64,000 bases of DNA from NCBI GenBank assembly GCA_003707115.1, contig PPNB01000009.1, positions 62,001-126,000 on the forward strand, in the 5' to 3' direction. Origin of the DNA: Tortispora ganteri (taxonomy: Eukaryota). Both the position numbers and the translations under genes were made by a program. Under the pieces are notes generated by a model. The model was given only the letters and a program-made list of their open reading frames with translations, made no database searches and was not told the DNA's origin. How positions within the stretch are numbered: position 1 is the first letter of the stretch; the number at the start of each line of letters is the position of its first letter. Below are positions 10,271-20,691 of the stretch, piece after piece.

Positions 10271-11092
10271 ATGTCTGTACTACTTGAAACCACTATTGGC
10301 GATCTCGTTGTAGACTTAGATGTCGATCAGTGTCTAGCACTTTGTCTGGAGTTTGTGGACAGATGTGCTTACGGGCAGTACGATTCGGTGGCGTTCGAGA
10401 GCTCGAACAATGCACTTCGATCTACGGGCCCAGGAGGTAAAATCTTCATACCGCGTAGTACGTTAACTCACTCTAAAGGATCTATTGGATTTATAATTGA
10501 CAAGGAAGGATATTCAGATGGTATGATTGCGCTGATAGAAGCTGCGACAGCTGTCGATCACGCAGATATAGTTATTTTTGGCGAAATCGCAGAAGGCCAA
10601 GAGTTGATCAACGGTCAGCCGTTCACAGTGCTCAGCACAACCACAATAATGGACCCCATTTCCAGCAGGAAACTAAATTCTAGTTACGCAATGAACAGCG
10701 TTACCAGTGAATTACACTCAGTGCCATTTACGCACAGCAAAATAGAGTCCAAGGCGCTCACCTTAGAGCTCCTGGGTGGTATCAAAGATTCTGAAGAACA
10801 GCCAGATCAGAACGTGCTGTTTGTGTGCAAACTGAATCCTCTGACAACAGCAGAGGATCTAAAAACAATATTTTCGCGGTTCGGACCTATAAGAAGCTGC
10901 GATATAAAAAAAGATAAAGAAAGTGGCTCTTCGCTCCAGTATGCATTCATAGATTTCGTGCACAAGGAAGACTGCGAACAAGCCTACTTTAAAATGGAAA
11001 ACGCTCTCATAGATGATCGTCGTATCCACGTCGACTTCAGTCAAAGCACAAAAAAGAGTCACAGAAAGAAACGGAAAACTTTCCAGCGGTGA
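10271..11092 (+). CDS. PPIL4/Rct1/Cyp59-type cyclophilin-RRM protein with a degenerate cyclophilin domain
   Basis: N-terminus MSVLLETTIGDLVVDL and a diagnostic RRM (NVLFVCKLNPLTT...IFSRFG...SLQYAFI...AYFKM...IDDRRIHVDFSQS), plus a basic tail. Confidence 0.88.
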   Translation: MSVLLETTIGDLVVDLDVDQCLALCLEFVDRCAYGQYDSVAFESSNNALRSTGPGGKIFIPRSTLTHSKGSIGFIIDKEGYSDGMIALIEAATAVDHADIVIFGEIAEGQELINGQPFTVLSTTTIMDPISSRKLNSSYAMNSVTSELHSVPFTHSKIESKALTLELLGGIKDSEEQPDQNVLFVCKLNPLTTAEDLKTIFSRFGPIRSCDIKKDKESGSSLQYAFIDFVHKEDCEQAYFKMENALIDDRRIHVDFSQSTKKSHRKKRKTFQR

Positions 11093-11118
11093 GGTCACCA
11101 CTTTGCTATGTCGCCACG

Positions 11119-11316
11119 CTACTTTGCCATCTGTCCGCTCTGCATAGCATTCGCAATGTACTCTTGTAGGAATGCGTTCTCGCTATCGAGCTTCTCTTGT
11201 GCTGCGCGCACGTTCTCTACGTCTTCAAGCAATTCCATCAGAACCTTCTGTTTCTCTAACACTTCATCTACAGTGACGGTCTCGATAACGGTCGCTTCTG
11301 CCGGTTCGTCAGCCAT
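11119..11316 (-). CDS. Short coiled-coil protein SCOC/Slo1 family
   Basis: 65 aa from the ATG at 11316, with the family motif VENVRAAQEKLDSENAFLQEYIANAM. Confidence 0.75.
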   Translation of the reverse strand: MADEPAEATVIETVTVDEVLEKQKVLMELLEDVENVRAAQEKLDSENAFLQEYIANAMQSGQMAK

Positions 11317-11542
11317 ATTGATTGGATTAATGGTGTGTCGACAGCTAGCTGATTTAACCAAACGACGTAAATAGAGTTTTATGCGTTTTAGCGCACTTCC
11401 AACCAGGGCTACTGGGAGTATCTACATAGGGCTATAAGAATTTCGCAGTCACATTATTATTCCATAGCAACGAAAAAAAGCACTCCTCTCATACTCACAT
11501 CTCGAATTAATCACTGAACCTACTAACCCCGACACATACATC

Positions 11543-12075
11543 ATGAGTGATTCCGTCACCATTCGTACACGAAAGTAAGTAGATACATACGCCTGGAGTA
11601 TAGCGGCGGCCTAATCGATACGTATCTAGGTATTATTGCCGTGAGATTTGGTACCAAAATGGCAATGACCGAGACATTGCACCTAGTAGCAGAAGAGATA
11701 CTAACATTGTTAAGATTTATTCGTAACCCTTTACTTGCCCGACGCCAGATGGTTGTCGATGTTCTTCATCCTAACCTTGCAAATGTATCTAAAGATGATC
11801 TCCGAGCCCGTTTAGCCGAGATGTACGGCTCCGAGAAGGATGTCATCAGCGTCTTCGGTCTCCGCACACAGTTTGGTGGTGGAAAGTCTACTGGATTTGC
11901 TTTAATTTATGACTCAGCCGAGGCTTTCACCAAATTCGAGCCTTTATATCGCCGCATTCGTGTTGGTCAAGCCACCGCTCCCGAGCGTCCTAGCAGACAA
12001 CAGCGCAAGCAACGCAAGAATCGTGACAAGAAGACTCGCGGTACCGGTAAGAAGCCCAACAAGCGTGAAAAGTAG
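11543..12075 (+). CDS. RPS24: 40S ribosomal protein eS24, two exons: 11543-11574 and 11715-12075
   Basis: Intron 11575-11714 (GTAAGT, TACTAAC 11699-11705, AAG). Spliced product [30 protein letters not shown]...[17 protein letters not shown]. Confidence 0.97.
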
Positions 12076-12200
12076 CTTAGTTAATGATCGTCATGTAGTT
12101 ATATGGCTGCGATATGAATTATTTGTTGTAGAATCTAGGATGTAGTAATATAAGTAACAGGACAAAATTGGAGTTCCTTTTTATGTTTTCTCTGGTCATT

Positions 12201-13073
12201 TTAGGTAGCGCTTTGGAACTGCTGCTGCACCTGGCGGATCATTTCTTGCTGGTCGGCGGGCAGGAGAGCTATCTGCTCAGGTGTCAATTCCAGCACTTGC
12301 TTGATCATCTGTTGTTGTGTTTCTGCATCAATAGTCTGCGGCGCGTTCTCTGCGCCCTCTGAGAGTTCGGTCGACACAGGAACTTCAGCTGGTTGTGCTG
12401 CTTGCGTGGCTGTCGGGACAGCGGCGCCAGGCGCAAGATAGGGATTGGATCCCACTGTGCTGCCATCGCCATTATTGCGAACGAGTTCTGTCACTTTCTG
12501 GCCATCGATAAGCTCTGTAAGCAGCAAGCTCTGCACGATCGCAAATCCCAGCTGCGGCGCGGCTTCAAGGAGCTTGATGACCATGTCCTCGTTGGCATCA
12601 GCCTGTCGTTGCACGCTATGCAAGAACTCCAGCTGTTGCGGAATCGGAATAGCGTACATTACTTTACTAATCGCTTCACTAGCAGACATACCGTTATGCA
12701 ATTGCACGCCTTTAGGTAGCGGCTGCTCAGCGGAAGGCACAAATTTCTCAAAGGCTAAACTGCCACCCCGGCTACCACCTTGCCCATTGCTATCCAGTGC
12801 CTTCTGCACCGCCATCGGCATGTCACCGCCAGCAGGTTTCACAGACAAGTACCCGTTTCCAACAGTGTACCCGCTCAAATTCCTAATAGCGCTTTGTGCA
12901 GTGTCAATGTCGCGATATACAGCAAACCCATAACCTGTCGGTCGGCCAGTATTAGGATCAAACACTAGGTTGCACGAGAGTACTGGGCCTACCGTTGAAA
13001 GGATCCCTGATAGCTGCTCTTCCGTAATGTCATACGGAACTCCGCCTACCAAAACCGTCTGGGCAGTAGCCAT
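12201..13073 (-). CDS. RNA15: mRNA 3'-end processing factor Rna15/CstF-64
   Basis: N-terminal RRM (VGGVPYD, GYGFAVYRD, SAIRNL), hinge (LLEAAPQLGFAIVQ) and C-terminal QVLELTPEQIALLP. Confidence 0.9.
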   Translation of the reverse strand: MATAQTVLVGGVPYDITEEQLSGILSTVGPVLSCNLVFDPNTGRPTGYGFAVYRDIDTAQSAIRNLSGYTVGNGYLSVKPAGGDMPMAVQKALDSNGQGGSRGGSLAFEKFVPSAEQPLPKGVQLHNGMSASEAISKVMYAIPIPQQLEFLHSVQRQADANEDMVIKLLEAAPQLGFAIVQSLLLTELIDGQKVTELVRNNGDGSTVGSNPYLAPGAAVPTATQAAQPAEVPVSTELSEGAENAPQTIDAETQQQMIKQVLELTPEQIALLPADQQEMIRQVQQQFQSAT

Positions 13074-13268
13074 AAGACTGTAGCAGTATGAATCACAGAA
13101 TATAAACCGCGCAGGATCATATCAACGTTTGTTGGTTTTCATTTCACTGTCAATATTGCCATAGCAACACTAATTTCTCCTGACCTTTTTGGTGTGCCCC
13201 GGTTCCGACCTAGCCATCTGCATACCATTTGTGAACGCCACTAATTTGCACTTTTAGTACATCCAACA

Positions 13269-13517
13269 ATGCTGTCAAGAACTATTCGCGCCTCAAAGAC
13301 CTCAATCCGCCCTGTAATGGCGAGATTCTACGCTGCTGGTGACACTGGCGCTCCGCGATCCTCTGGCGACTCCTTCACCAAACGTGAAAAGGCCCAGGAG
13401 GACATGTACGTCCGTGAAAAGGAGAAGGAGAAGCTCGACAAATTGAAGCAAGCTTTGGCGAAGCATCGCAAGGAACTTGACGAAATATCGAAGCAGATTG
13501 ACCAGCTGGGCGAATAA
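13269..13517 (+). CDS. INH1: Mitochondrial F1Fo-ATPase inhibitor IF1
   Basis: Presequence followed by GDTGAPRS..DSFTKREKAQEDMYVREKEKEKL and a coiled coil. Confidence 0.93.
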   Translation: MLSRTIRASKTSIRPVMARFYAAGDTGAPRSSGDSFTKREKAQEDMYVREKEKEKLDKLKQALAKHRKELDEISKQIDQLGE

Positions 13518-13771
13518 ATTTGCTTCGGATTTGACCGTTCCGAGACGTTGCGAAGTAGCCTGTAATAGCGGCGCCCGAGTTCCTCCGTCCAGACCGTCTC
13601 CACACGCTAAGTTATTGCTCTACTACTAATGCTTGTATATTTTTTTAAAATATACACTTTAGGGATTGCAGTATATAACATAACTTTTATTGTTTTTAGT
13701 TCGGTTTGCCGATCTGTAGATGTTGACCGACTGTCGTAATCTATTATCCTTGTTGCATGGGGGGTCCTATC

Positions 13772-14998
13772 CTAGTCTAAGGTCATTTCCTCTCCGCCAA
13801 CCTCGAGTGCCTCTTCTGGTACGTCAGCGGCGTCAATTGTTTCGTAACTGGGGACATCAATGAGCGACATTATTTCTGCGCTGTTTAGATCATAGATAGA
13901 GTGCACCCAGGCGGGTGCAGCTACCGACGAGCCTCCAGTAAGTCGCAACGGTTTATCTATCAGCGCGATCGTAGTCATTTCGCGCGCCGTCACGGCTTTC
14001 GGCGCCACCCACTCCTTTGCGTGCTCAGCAACTACTAGACCAGATTTTGTTAATTCAGACAAACCCAAAACAATATCTTTCGCGGCCATATCAATTGCGT
14101 CAATGCTGAATGGGTACACTGAAAACGCTTTGTCGATCTTGCCCAGCAGCGTGCGTGATGTCTTCACTTTGAGATCATGGTGAACGCCGAAATCGCGGCA
14201 GTACACGCGCGCTTTTTCGTCAACCGTGCGCTGTTTTCCGGTTTTAGATGCCGCAACGCGCACGTCTACTAGCCAAACTTCGCCGGCAGCGGCTATAAAA
14301 TCATCATCATCATTGTCGTCCCCCGACTGATGCTCGGCCAACGGCCATACCATGCCTTTGTATTGAAGCTCACCACCGCTCTCATCGCTGAGCTCACTCT
14401 GACCGACCAGGAACCGACGAATCCTGCGAATTCGTGTACCGGGAATTATACTGCATCCATACGCCGCCGCAGCACGCTCTACGACATCTCGTAGTACACT
14501 AGATCGGCCGTGTCCTTGTGCCAGAAGTTGAACGGCAGCCTCTGTAGCAAAATGTGATGCACATACAACATTTGCGGCATCGCCCTCTACAGGACCCTCG
14601 CGACTGGGCTGAACAACAGCCGTATGTGCTACTTTTGCTGTGTACCCATCAATGTGCGCGCCAAACGAAATTTTCGCCAGTGATCCGGGAGATGCAGGTG
14701 ACCCTGATCCTTCAGGGCGGCTACCCATATACACGTTGTCTATGCTGATAGTAGCGGGCTCGGCAATGCCCTTCTCTTTGACCTCCTCGTACACTTTAGC
14801 AGTTAAGTTGCGTATAATAGAGTCTACTTCAAGACATATTCTGCCAATAGGCGCGCCAAGTTGAATTTGACGCAGAGCGTGCTTCAATGCCGTTTGACAT
14901 ATCTGTCCAGCAACGTAATATTTCTGCACAACTTCTTCTTGTAAAATATTCTTCTCATCAAGCAGCACAGCTTGCTCTTCACTTTTTATTAAAGACAT
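13772..14998 (-). CDS. ARX1: Pre-60S export factor Arx1 (inactive M24 peptidase fold)
   Basis: LLDEKNIL, KYYVAGQICQTALK, EKGIAEP, GAHIDGYT, RRIRRFL, FSVYPF, SWVHS-like AWVHS. Confidence 0.88.
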   Translation of the reverse strand: MSLIKSEEQAVLLDEKNILQEEVVQKYYVAGQICQTALKHALRQIQLGAPIGRICLEVDSIIRNLTAKVYEEVKEKGIAEPATISIDNVYMGSRPEGSGSPASPGSLAKISFGAHIDGYTAKVAHTAVVQPSREGPVEGDAANVVCASHFATEAAVQLLAQGHGRSSVLRDVVERAAAAYGCSIIPGTRIRRIRRFLVGQSELSDESGGELQYKGMVWPLAEHQSGDDNDDDDFIAAAGEVWLVDVRVAASKTGKQRTVDEKARVYCRDFGVHHDLKVKTSRTLLGKIDKAFSVYPFSIDAIDMAAKDIVLGLSELTKSGLVVAEHAKEWVAPKAVTAREMTTIALIDKPLRLTGGSSVAAPAWVHSIYDLNSAEIMSLIDVPSYETIDAADVPEEALEVGGEEMTLD

Positions 14999-15628
14999 TA
15001 CAACTCAAAAGAAAAAAAAAAGATGTTTTCGAAGAGTCTTCGCCTTTTTTTCTTTGAACTTTGTTGGGACTTAGTAGGCAGATTTTTCCCTGCCTGTTGT
15101 TGGCCAATCACAAGTCTCTTTTGACACCAACAGCGATCCACTATGCCCATCTATTGCTCTCATTCAGCATTAAACACCAGAGATACAAAACAAAAATAAA
15201 CGCAGGGTAAAAGTCCATAGAAATCGATCGTCCCCATTTATCCTAATGAACCGAAAGCGCCATCCCCGAAGCCGCAACCACGGCTGCCTGGTCTCTGCTA
15301 AATTTCTTTCCTCGAGTGTACAGACAAGTTTACAATATGTATGCACATGGACTACTCACACGTGCAAGTCATATTCACCGCAATGCTCAACAAGGACGCT
15401 TTATAGGCTCGAACCAAGGACTGGTTCTAGCAACCGATCTCAGACATCTCCCGCTGCCCCACAACAGCAGTTGTGCTAAAAATAAAGTTAGAAAGTTTGC
15501 TTTTGAACTGTTTGTAACTTTGATTCTCAAATAAATCATATTACTCACAATCTGTCACGCATATTCTTATGTCTTTCATACTATAATAAATATTAAATAA
15601 AAATTCAGAAGTATGCCGTAGTCAGCTT

Positions 15629-18600
15629 TCATCGATTTATAGTCGGCATCTGAACACATTTGTTCACCGTCTGTATCAACAATGCAGGTTTTAACGGCTT
15701 ACTCAGATACTCGTCCATTTCCGCTTCAAGACATTTCTCGCGGTCTCCCAGCATAGCATGTGCCGTTAATGCAATAATTGGAGTTCGTCGCCGGTTTTGA
15801 AAGTTCTGCACTTCCCATTCCCGAATACGCATTGACGCTTCAAATCCTCCCATCACAGGCATCTGTACATCCATTAAAATCGCGTCGTATCTCTTTCGCT
15901 TCACAGCTTCAAATGCTTCCAGACCGTTCTCAACAACATCAACTTGATGTTTATACTTCTCCAAAATGCGCACAGCCAGTTTCTGGTTCACAATATTATC
16001 CTCCGCAAGAAGAATATCGTACGTTCTCTGAGTATCTGAATCGAGTGGAGTGCTTCGCGATTCAACAGCCGGACGCAACGTATTGGCCAGAGACTGTAAC
16101 GTGCACGGATAGTTTCCAAATGATGCAATACCTAGATCAACACACGTTTTTAATGTCAATCGAGGCTCTTCAGGAGTCAATAATACAATAGGAACATATT
16201 TTAGGTGATTCAATGCTCGTAAACTCACCGCTTTATCTGTAGTGTCGACGATTATCGTGTCAAACACTTGTCGATCAGCATTATTCGACAATGGAGCTTC
16301 CTCCACACTCGAAACTGCAATAGGCTTTAGGCGTAATTCACAAATCAGCTCTTTTAGCTGCTCTATTTGTTCCGCATTAAGCATGGACGAAATAACAAGC
16401 ACGGTGTGGTCTCTGAAGGGACGGAACACATCCCCCAATCCGTCCAAATCTGGCTCTGCTTCACGAACAGATATCGTGAAGAAAAACTGCGATCCTTTGC
16501 CATACTCCGATTTAACCCAAAGGTCTCCACCCATGAGTGTGACAAGTTTCTTCGAAATTGATAATCCCAAGCCTGTTCCTCCAAACTTCCTAGTAGTAGA
16601 CCCATCTGCTTGGCAGAATGTATCAAAGATAACGTCTAGCTTATCTGCCCTAATGCCAATACCCGTATCGGCGACACAAAATTGAAGAACGATATTGTTA
16701 CCCACATTCATACCGGGAGCGGCAATTACTTTTCGGCCATTCTGATTTGGTGAACTTGCTTTTCGAACGTATAAAGCCACTTCGCCTTTTTGTGTGAACT
16801 TTATAGCGTTTCCAACTAGATTCAAAATTACCTGCCTTAATCTAAACGAATCGCCAATAATATGATCGTTGCAGTCCTTGTCCATGCGGTACACCAAGTC
16901 CAATGGCTTCTCGTTAGCTTTCACAGCCATAGTCTTCAGGGCTCCAAACACAGTAGCTCGTAACGAAAAGGCAATGCTTTCAATTGTCATGCGGTTAGCT
17001 TCGATCTTCGAAATATCTAGAATGTCATCTATGATTGTTAGCAGCGAGTTAGCAAGATTATGCACAATGGACAACATTTCGCGCTGATATTGAGTCAGTT
17101 CTGTTTCTAATGCTAACTGAGTCATTCCAATAATACCGTTCATAGGAGTTCGAATTTCATGAGACATGTTAGCTAAGAATTCTGATTTTGAACTGTTTGC
17201 CAGTTCTGCAGCTTCTCTGGCAGCGGTGTTACGTTGAATAGATTCACGCAAATTAAACACCATCTGGTTAATTTTAGTCTTCAAAGCATCCATTTCACCC
17301 GAAGCCTCGACCGTAATGAACCTTGTGAAATCACCGTCGGTAGCAGCAGCAGTAATTTGAGCAAATGCACGCACCTGTGTAGTAAGGTTACTAGCCATAG
17401 TGTTCACATTAGTAGTAATTTCTCTCCACAAACCATCAACATCTGATACCTGAGCCTGAACACCGAGCTTACCATCAATACCGACGTCCTTTGCCACTCG
17501 AGACACTTCCGCAGCAAACACCCTAAGACGGTCAACCATAGCGTTTATAGTAGATTTGAGTTCGAGAATTTCTCCGCTAGCCTGAACGTCAATTTTTTGT
17601 GAAAGATCGCCCAAAGCAACAGCTGTGGTAACTTGCGCGATTGAACGCACCTGCGTTGTCAAGTTTGTGGCCATGGCGTTCACATTATCAGTGACCTCTG
17701 CCCATGCACCTTCGACGTCCTCTACTTGTGCCTGGCCACCAAGAATACCTTCTGTACCAACAGTACGCGCAAGAGTTGTGACTTCGGTGGCAAAATTGAG
17801 TAGACGATCAACCATAGAGTTAATAGTGTTTTTAAGATCCAAGATTTCACCGCGACAATTAGCCGATACCTTCTGTGAGAGGTCACCACGAGCAACTGCA
17901 GTAGTGACTTTGGCAATATTGCGCACCTGGTCAGTGAGATTAGATGCCATAGCGTTTACGTTGTCAGTAAGCTCTCTCCAGATACCTTCGAGATCTCTGA
18001 TCTGTGCTTGGCCTCCCAAACGGCCCTCCACACCAGTTTCGCGCGCCACGCGAGTGACTTCAAACGCGAAAGTTCTGAGCTGGTCAACCATCGTGTTGAT
18101 AGTTTTTTGAAGACCTAATATTTCACCTTGCGCATGCACGTTAATCTTACGCGAAAGATCGCCCTGGGCGACAGCACGTGTGACGTCCGCGATTTCACGA
18201 ACCTGATTAGTGAGATTAGAAGCCATTACGTTGACATTATCGGTGAGTTCTCTCCAGACACCCACAGTTCCTTCAGGGTCAGCCTGTCCACCGAGCGCGC
18301 CACCAGCGACCTCTGTTGCGACTCTGGTCACTTCAGAGGAGAACCGCTGGAGCTGGTCCATCATTGTGTTGATAGTGCGCTTGAAGGTAATAATTTCTGG
18401 ATCGAGTTCATTTTCGTGAACTATGACCTTCTTGGAGAGATCTCCATGGGCGACGGCTATGACGACCTCACCAATTTCCATGAGAGCTCGCTGAAAGGCT
18501 CTGTTAGCCTCTTGTGATTTGCGGAACTCGAAATGCAAGCTGTCTGTGTGCAAAGTATCATGAGATGCCGTATTAACAATATCATTCTTGTGCTGGTCCT

Positions 18601-18922
18601 GAAGTTGAGCGACTAGTAGTTTATACTCTGCAAGTTGGCTCTCCTGCTGGTTCAGTTTCACGAGTATTTCTGACAGATCAGCTGTTGTGCTTCTACCAGG
18701 GAAAATAGGCGGTTTTTCCGTGTCTATACTGGCTTTAAAGTCTGAATCAGAAGAATCTGCAGACGAATCAGTGTTTTGCACACTAGAAGCTGCAGAAATG
18801 GCTTTAAACTGTTCCATCATATTAGCCATCATATTGGCCAGAGTTGTCGCATCCTCAGATTTGGGGTCATAAGACTCCACTAGCCGACCCAGATCGCGGT
18901 AGCAGTCGTATACCAACGGCAT
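15629..18922 (-). CDS. NIK1: Group III hybrid histidine kinase Nik1/Os-1 (poly-HAMP, HisKA, HATPase, receiver)
   Basis: About 92-aa HAMP repeats (AVAxGDLS...LGGQA...WRELTDNVN), H box [16 protein letters not shown] box [11 protein letters not shown] boxes DTGIGI and GGTGLGL, receiver LAEDN...LMDVQMP...SKP. Confidence 0.97.
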   Translation of the reverse strand: MPLVYDCYRDLGRLVESYDPKSEDATTLANMMANMMEQFKAISAASSVQNTDSSADSSDSDFKASIDTEKPPIFPGRSTTADLSEILVKLNQQESQLAEYKLLVAQLQDQHKNDIVNTASHDTLHTDSLHFEFRKSQEANRAFQRALMEIGEVVIAVAHGDLSKKVIVHENELDPEIITFKRTINTMMDQLQRFSSEVTRVATEVAGGALGGQADPEGTVGVWRELTDNVNVMASNLTNQVREIADVTRAVAQGDLSRKINVHAQGEILGLQKTINTMVDQLRTFAFEVTRVARETGVEGRLGGQAQIRDLEGIWRELTDNVNAMASNLTDQVRNIAKVTTAVARGDLSQKVSANCRGEILDLKNTINSMVDRLLNFATEVTTLARTVGTEGILGGQAQVEDVEGAWAEVTDNVNAMATNLTTQVRSIAQVTTAVALGDLSQKIDVQASGEILELKSTINAMVDRLRVFAAEVSRVAKDVGIDGKLGVQAQVSDVDGLWREITTNVNTMASNLTTQVRAFAQITAAATDGDFTRFITVEASGEMDALKTKINQMVFNLRESIQRNTAAREAAELANSSKSEFLANMSHEIRTPMNGIIGMTQLALETELTQYQREMLSIVHNLANSLLTIIDDILDISKIEANRMTIESIAFSLRATVFGALKTMAVKANEKPLDLVYRMDKDCNDHIIGDSFRLRQVILNLVGNAIKFTQKGEVALYVRKASSPNQNGRKVIAAPGMNVGNNIVLQFCVADTGIGIRADKLDVIFDTFCQADGSTTRKFGGTGLGLSISKKLVTLMGGDLWVKSEYGKGSQFFFTISVREAEPDLDGLGDVFRPFRDHTVLVISSMLNAEQIEQLKELICELRLKPIAVSSVEEAPLSNNADRQVFDTIIVDTTDKAVSLRALNHLKYVPIVLLTPEEPRLTLKTCVDLGIASFGNYPCTLQSLANTLRPAVESRSTPLDSDTQRTYDILLAEDNIVNQKLAVRILEKYKHQVDVVENGLEAFEAVKRKRYDAILMDVQMPVMGGFEASMRIREWEVQNFQNRRRTPIIALTAHAMLGDREKCLEAEMDEYLSKPLKPALLIQTVNKCVQMPTINR

Positions 18923-19153
18923 TTTGAGTTACTCTAAATAAATATAATGCAGAAAGTAACTCAATACTTCAGCTTCAGCAAAAATATATCACTTGATGTG
19001 TTTTTAATGCAATGTTAGAAAAATGAGTGGCTTTAATTACGATTTTCACTACTACCTAATGAGAAGCTTATTTCGCCGCGTTTGAGACAAGGGTAGAGGG
19101 TTATAGAACCTAATATTTATATTTTGTAAACGTGTTACATTGGGGAGCAACTA

Positions 19154-20575
19154 ATGACTACAGACGCTGTTCGCAAGGTGTATGAGCGCTATGGCCAGGG
19201 TCATGTGTTTGATCTATACGATGAGCTTTCTGAGGACGATAAGCATTCACTTGTTGAACAGCTAGAACATATAGATATCGCTTCATTGGGTACGAGCGTG
19301 CTCCAGGCTATCGAATCTTCAAAAAACGCCAAATTAATTCAACACAACGACTTGTTGCCTATTCCTCTTTTATCTTCTGGGTCGATTCTAGACTCTGAAC
19401 CTGCAGAAGTTGATAAGTGGAGAGAGCTGGGCTACCAACAGATTTGCGCGGGAAAAGTGGCCGTCATTGTGATGGCCGGCGGCCAAGGAACTCGTCTGGG
19501 ATCATCAGCGCCTAAAGGCTGTTACGATATAGGTCTATTTTCGCACAAGTCGCTGTTTCAACTGCAAGCAGAACGGATCTTGAAACTGCAATTGTTGACC
19601 GGCGCCACTAAGCCTATCCCATGGTACATTATGACATCTGGCCCTACCCACCAGCCGACGATCGATTTCTTTGCGGCACACAACTACTTCGGCTGCGAAA
19701 AGGACCAAATTGTTTTCTTTTCTCAAGGCATTCTCCCTTGTTTTACTGAAAGTGGAAAAATAATATTAGAGTCGCCTTCGAAAGTGGCCGTAGCACCTGA
19801 CGGGAACGGCGGCTTGTACTTGGGGCTGGTGAAATCCGGCGTGCTTGACGATATGAAGAAAAAAGGTATTGAACATGTACACACGTACGCTGTGGATAAC
19901 TGTCTTGTCAAAGTTGCTGACCCTGCATTCATTGGTTTTGCGATGTCTAGGAAGGCCAGCATTGCTTCTAAAGTTGTTCGCAAACGCGATGCCGGTGAAT
20001 CAGTCGGCTTGATTTTGTGCAAGAACGATAGGCCCGTCGTTCTAGAGTACTCCGAAATAAGCCCAGAACTGATGGAGGCTACTGAATCTACCTCAAACGG
20101 ATCGGCACTTAGATTTAGAGCTGCCAATATTGTTAACCATTATTATTCCATGGACTTCTTGTCTCAAATACCTTCCTGGAACCTGAACGAGTACCTTCCA
20201 TTTCATGCTGCTCACAAAAAGATCCCTTACTATTCTGCAGACACGAAATCAACTATAATCCCCTCAGAACCTAATGGCTATAAGTTAGAACAGTTTGTAT
20301 TTGACGTGTTCCCGCAGGTTCCATTGGAGGACTTTGCCTTGTTCGAAGTCGACCGCAAAGACGAGTTCTCGCCTTTAAAGAATGCGTCGGGGACTAAATC
20401 TGACAACCCGGAAACATCGCGCAACGACCTGCTCTCTCAAGGTGCGCGATGGATAAAAGCTGCTGGCGGGATTCCGCCTGAAGGAGGCATAGAAGTCTCT
20501 CCTCTGACATCTTACGAAGGCGAGGGCCTCGAATTCGTGCGAGGAAAAGAACTACTCCCGTTTACGATTATCTAG
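19154..20575 (+). CDS. QRI1: UDP-N-acetylglucosamine pyrophosphorylase
   Basis: MAGGQGTRLGSSAPKG, APDGNGG, KLEQFVFDVF, EFSPLKN, EVSPLTSYEGEGL. Confidence 0.97.
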   Translation: MTTDAVRKVYERYGQGHVFDLYDELSEDDKHSLVEQLEHIDIASLGTSVLQAIESSKNAKLIQHNDLLPIPLLSSGSILDSEPAEVDKWRELGYQQICAGKVAVIVMAGGQGTRLGSSAPKGCYDIGLFSHKSLFQLQAERILKLQLLTGATKPIPWYIMTSGPTHQPTIDFFAAHNYFGCEKDQIVFFSQGILPCFTESGKIILESPSKVAVAPDGNGGLYLGLVKSGVLDDMKKKGIEHVHTYAVDNCLVKVADPAFIGFAMSRKASIASKVVRKRDAGESVGLILCKNDRPVVLEYSEISPELMEATESTSNGSALRFRAANIVNHYYSMDFLSQIPSWNLNEYLPFHAAHKKIPYYSADTKSTIIPSEPNGYKLEQFVFDVFPQVPLEDFALFEVDRKDEFSPLKNASGTKSDNPETSRNDLLSQGARWIKAAGGIPPEGGIEVSPLTSYEGEGLEFVRGKELLPFTII

Positions 20576-20691
20576 CTTCGTATATGCAATACGTCCCATA
20601 CAAGGCATAAACTAATAAAGATATAAAAATACATAACAGCATTAAATGAGAAAAAAAGTAATCATAATCCAGTCCTCAGTTTCTTTATATA

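Noticed and set aside
11521..11527. TACTAAC upstream of the RPS24 ATG as a 5' UTR intron
   Set aside because: No upstream GTAAGT-type donor and no nearby acceptor before the ATG.
15439..15448. GAUGUCUGAG on the minus strand resembling the U14 snoRNA 3' end
   Set aside because: U14 domains A and B and a box C are absent.
17200..18480. ~276-bp repeats as a mobile element or repeat array
   Set aside because: They are the coding HAMP repeats of NIK1.
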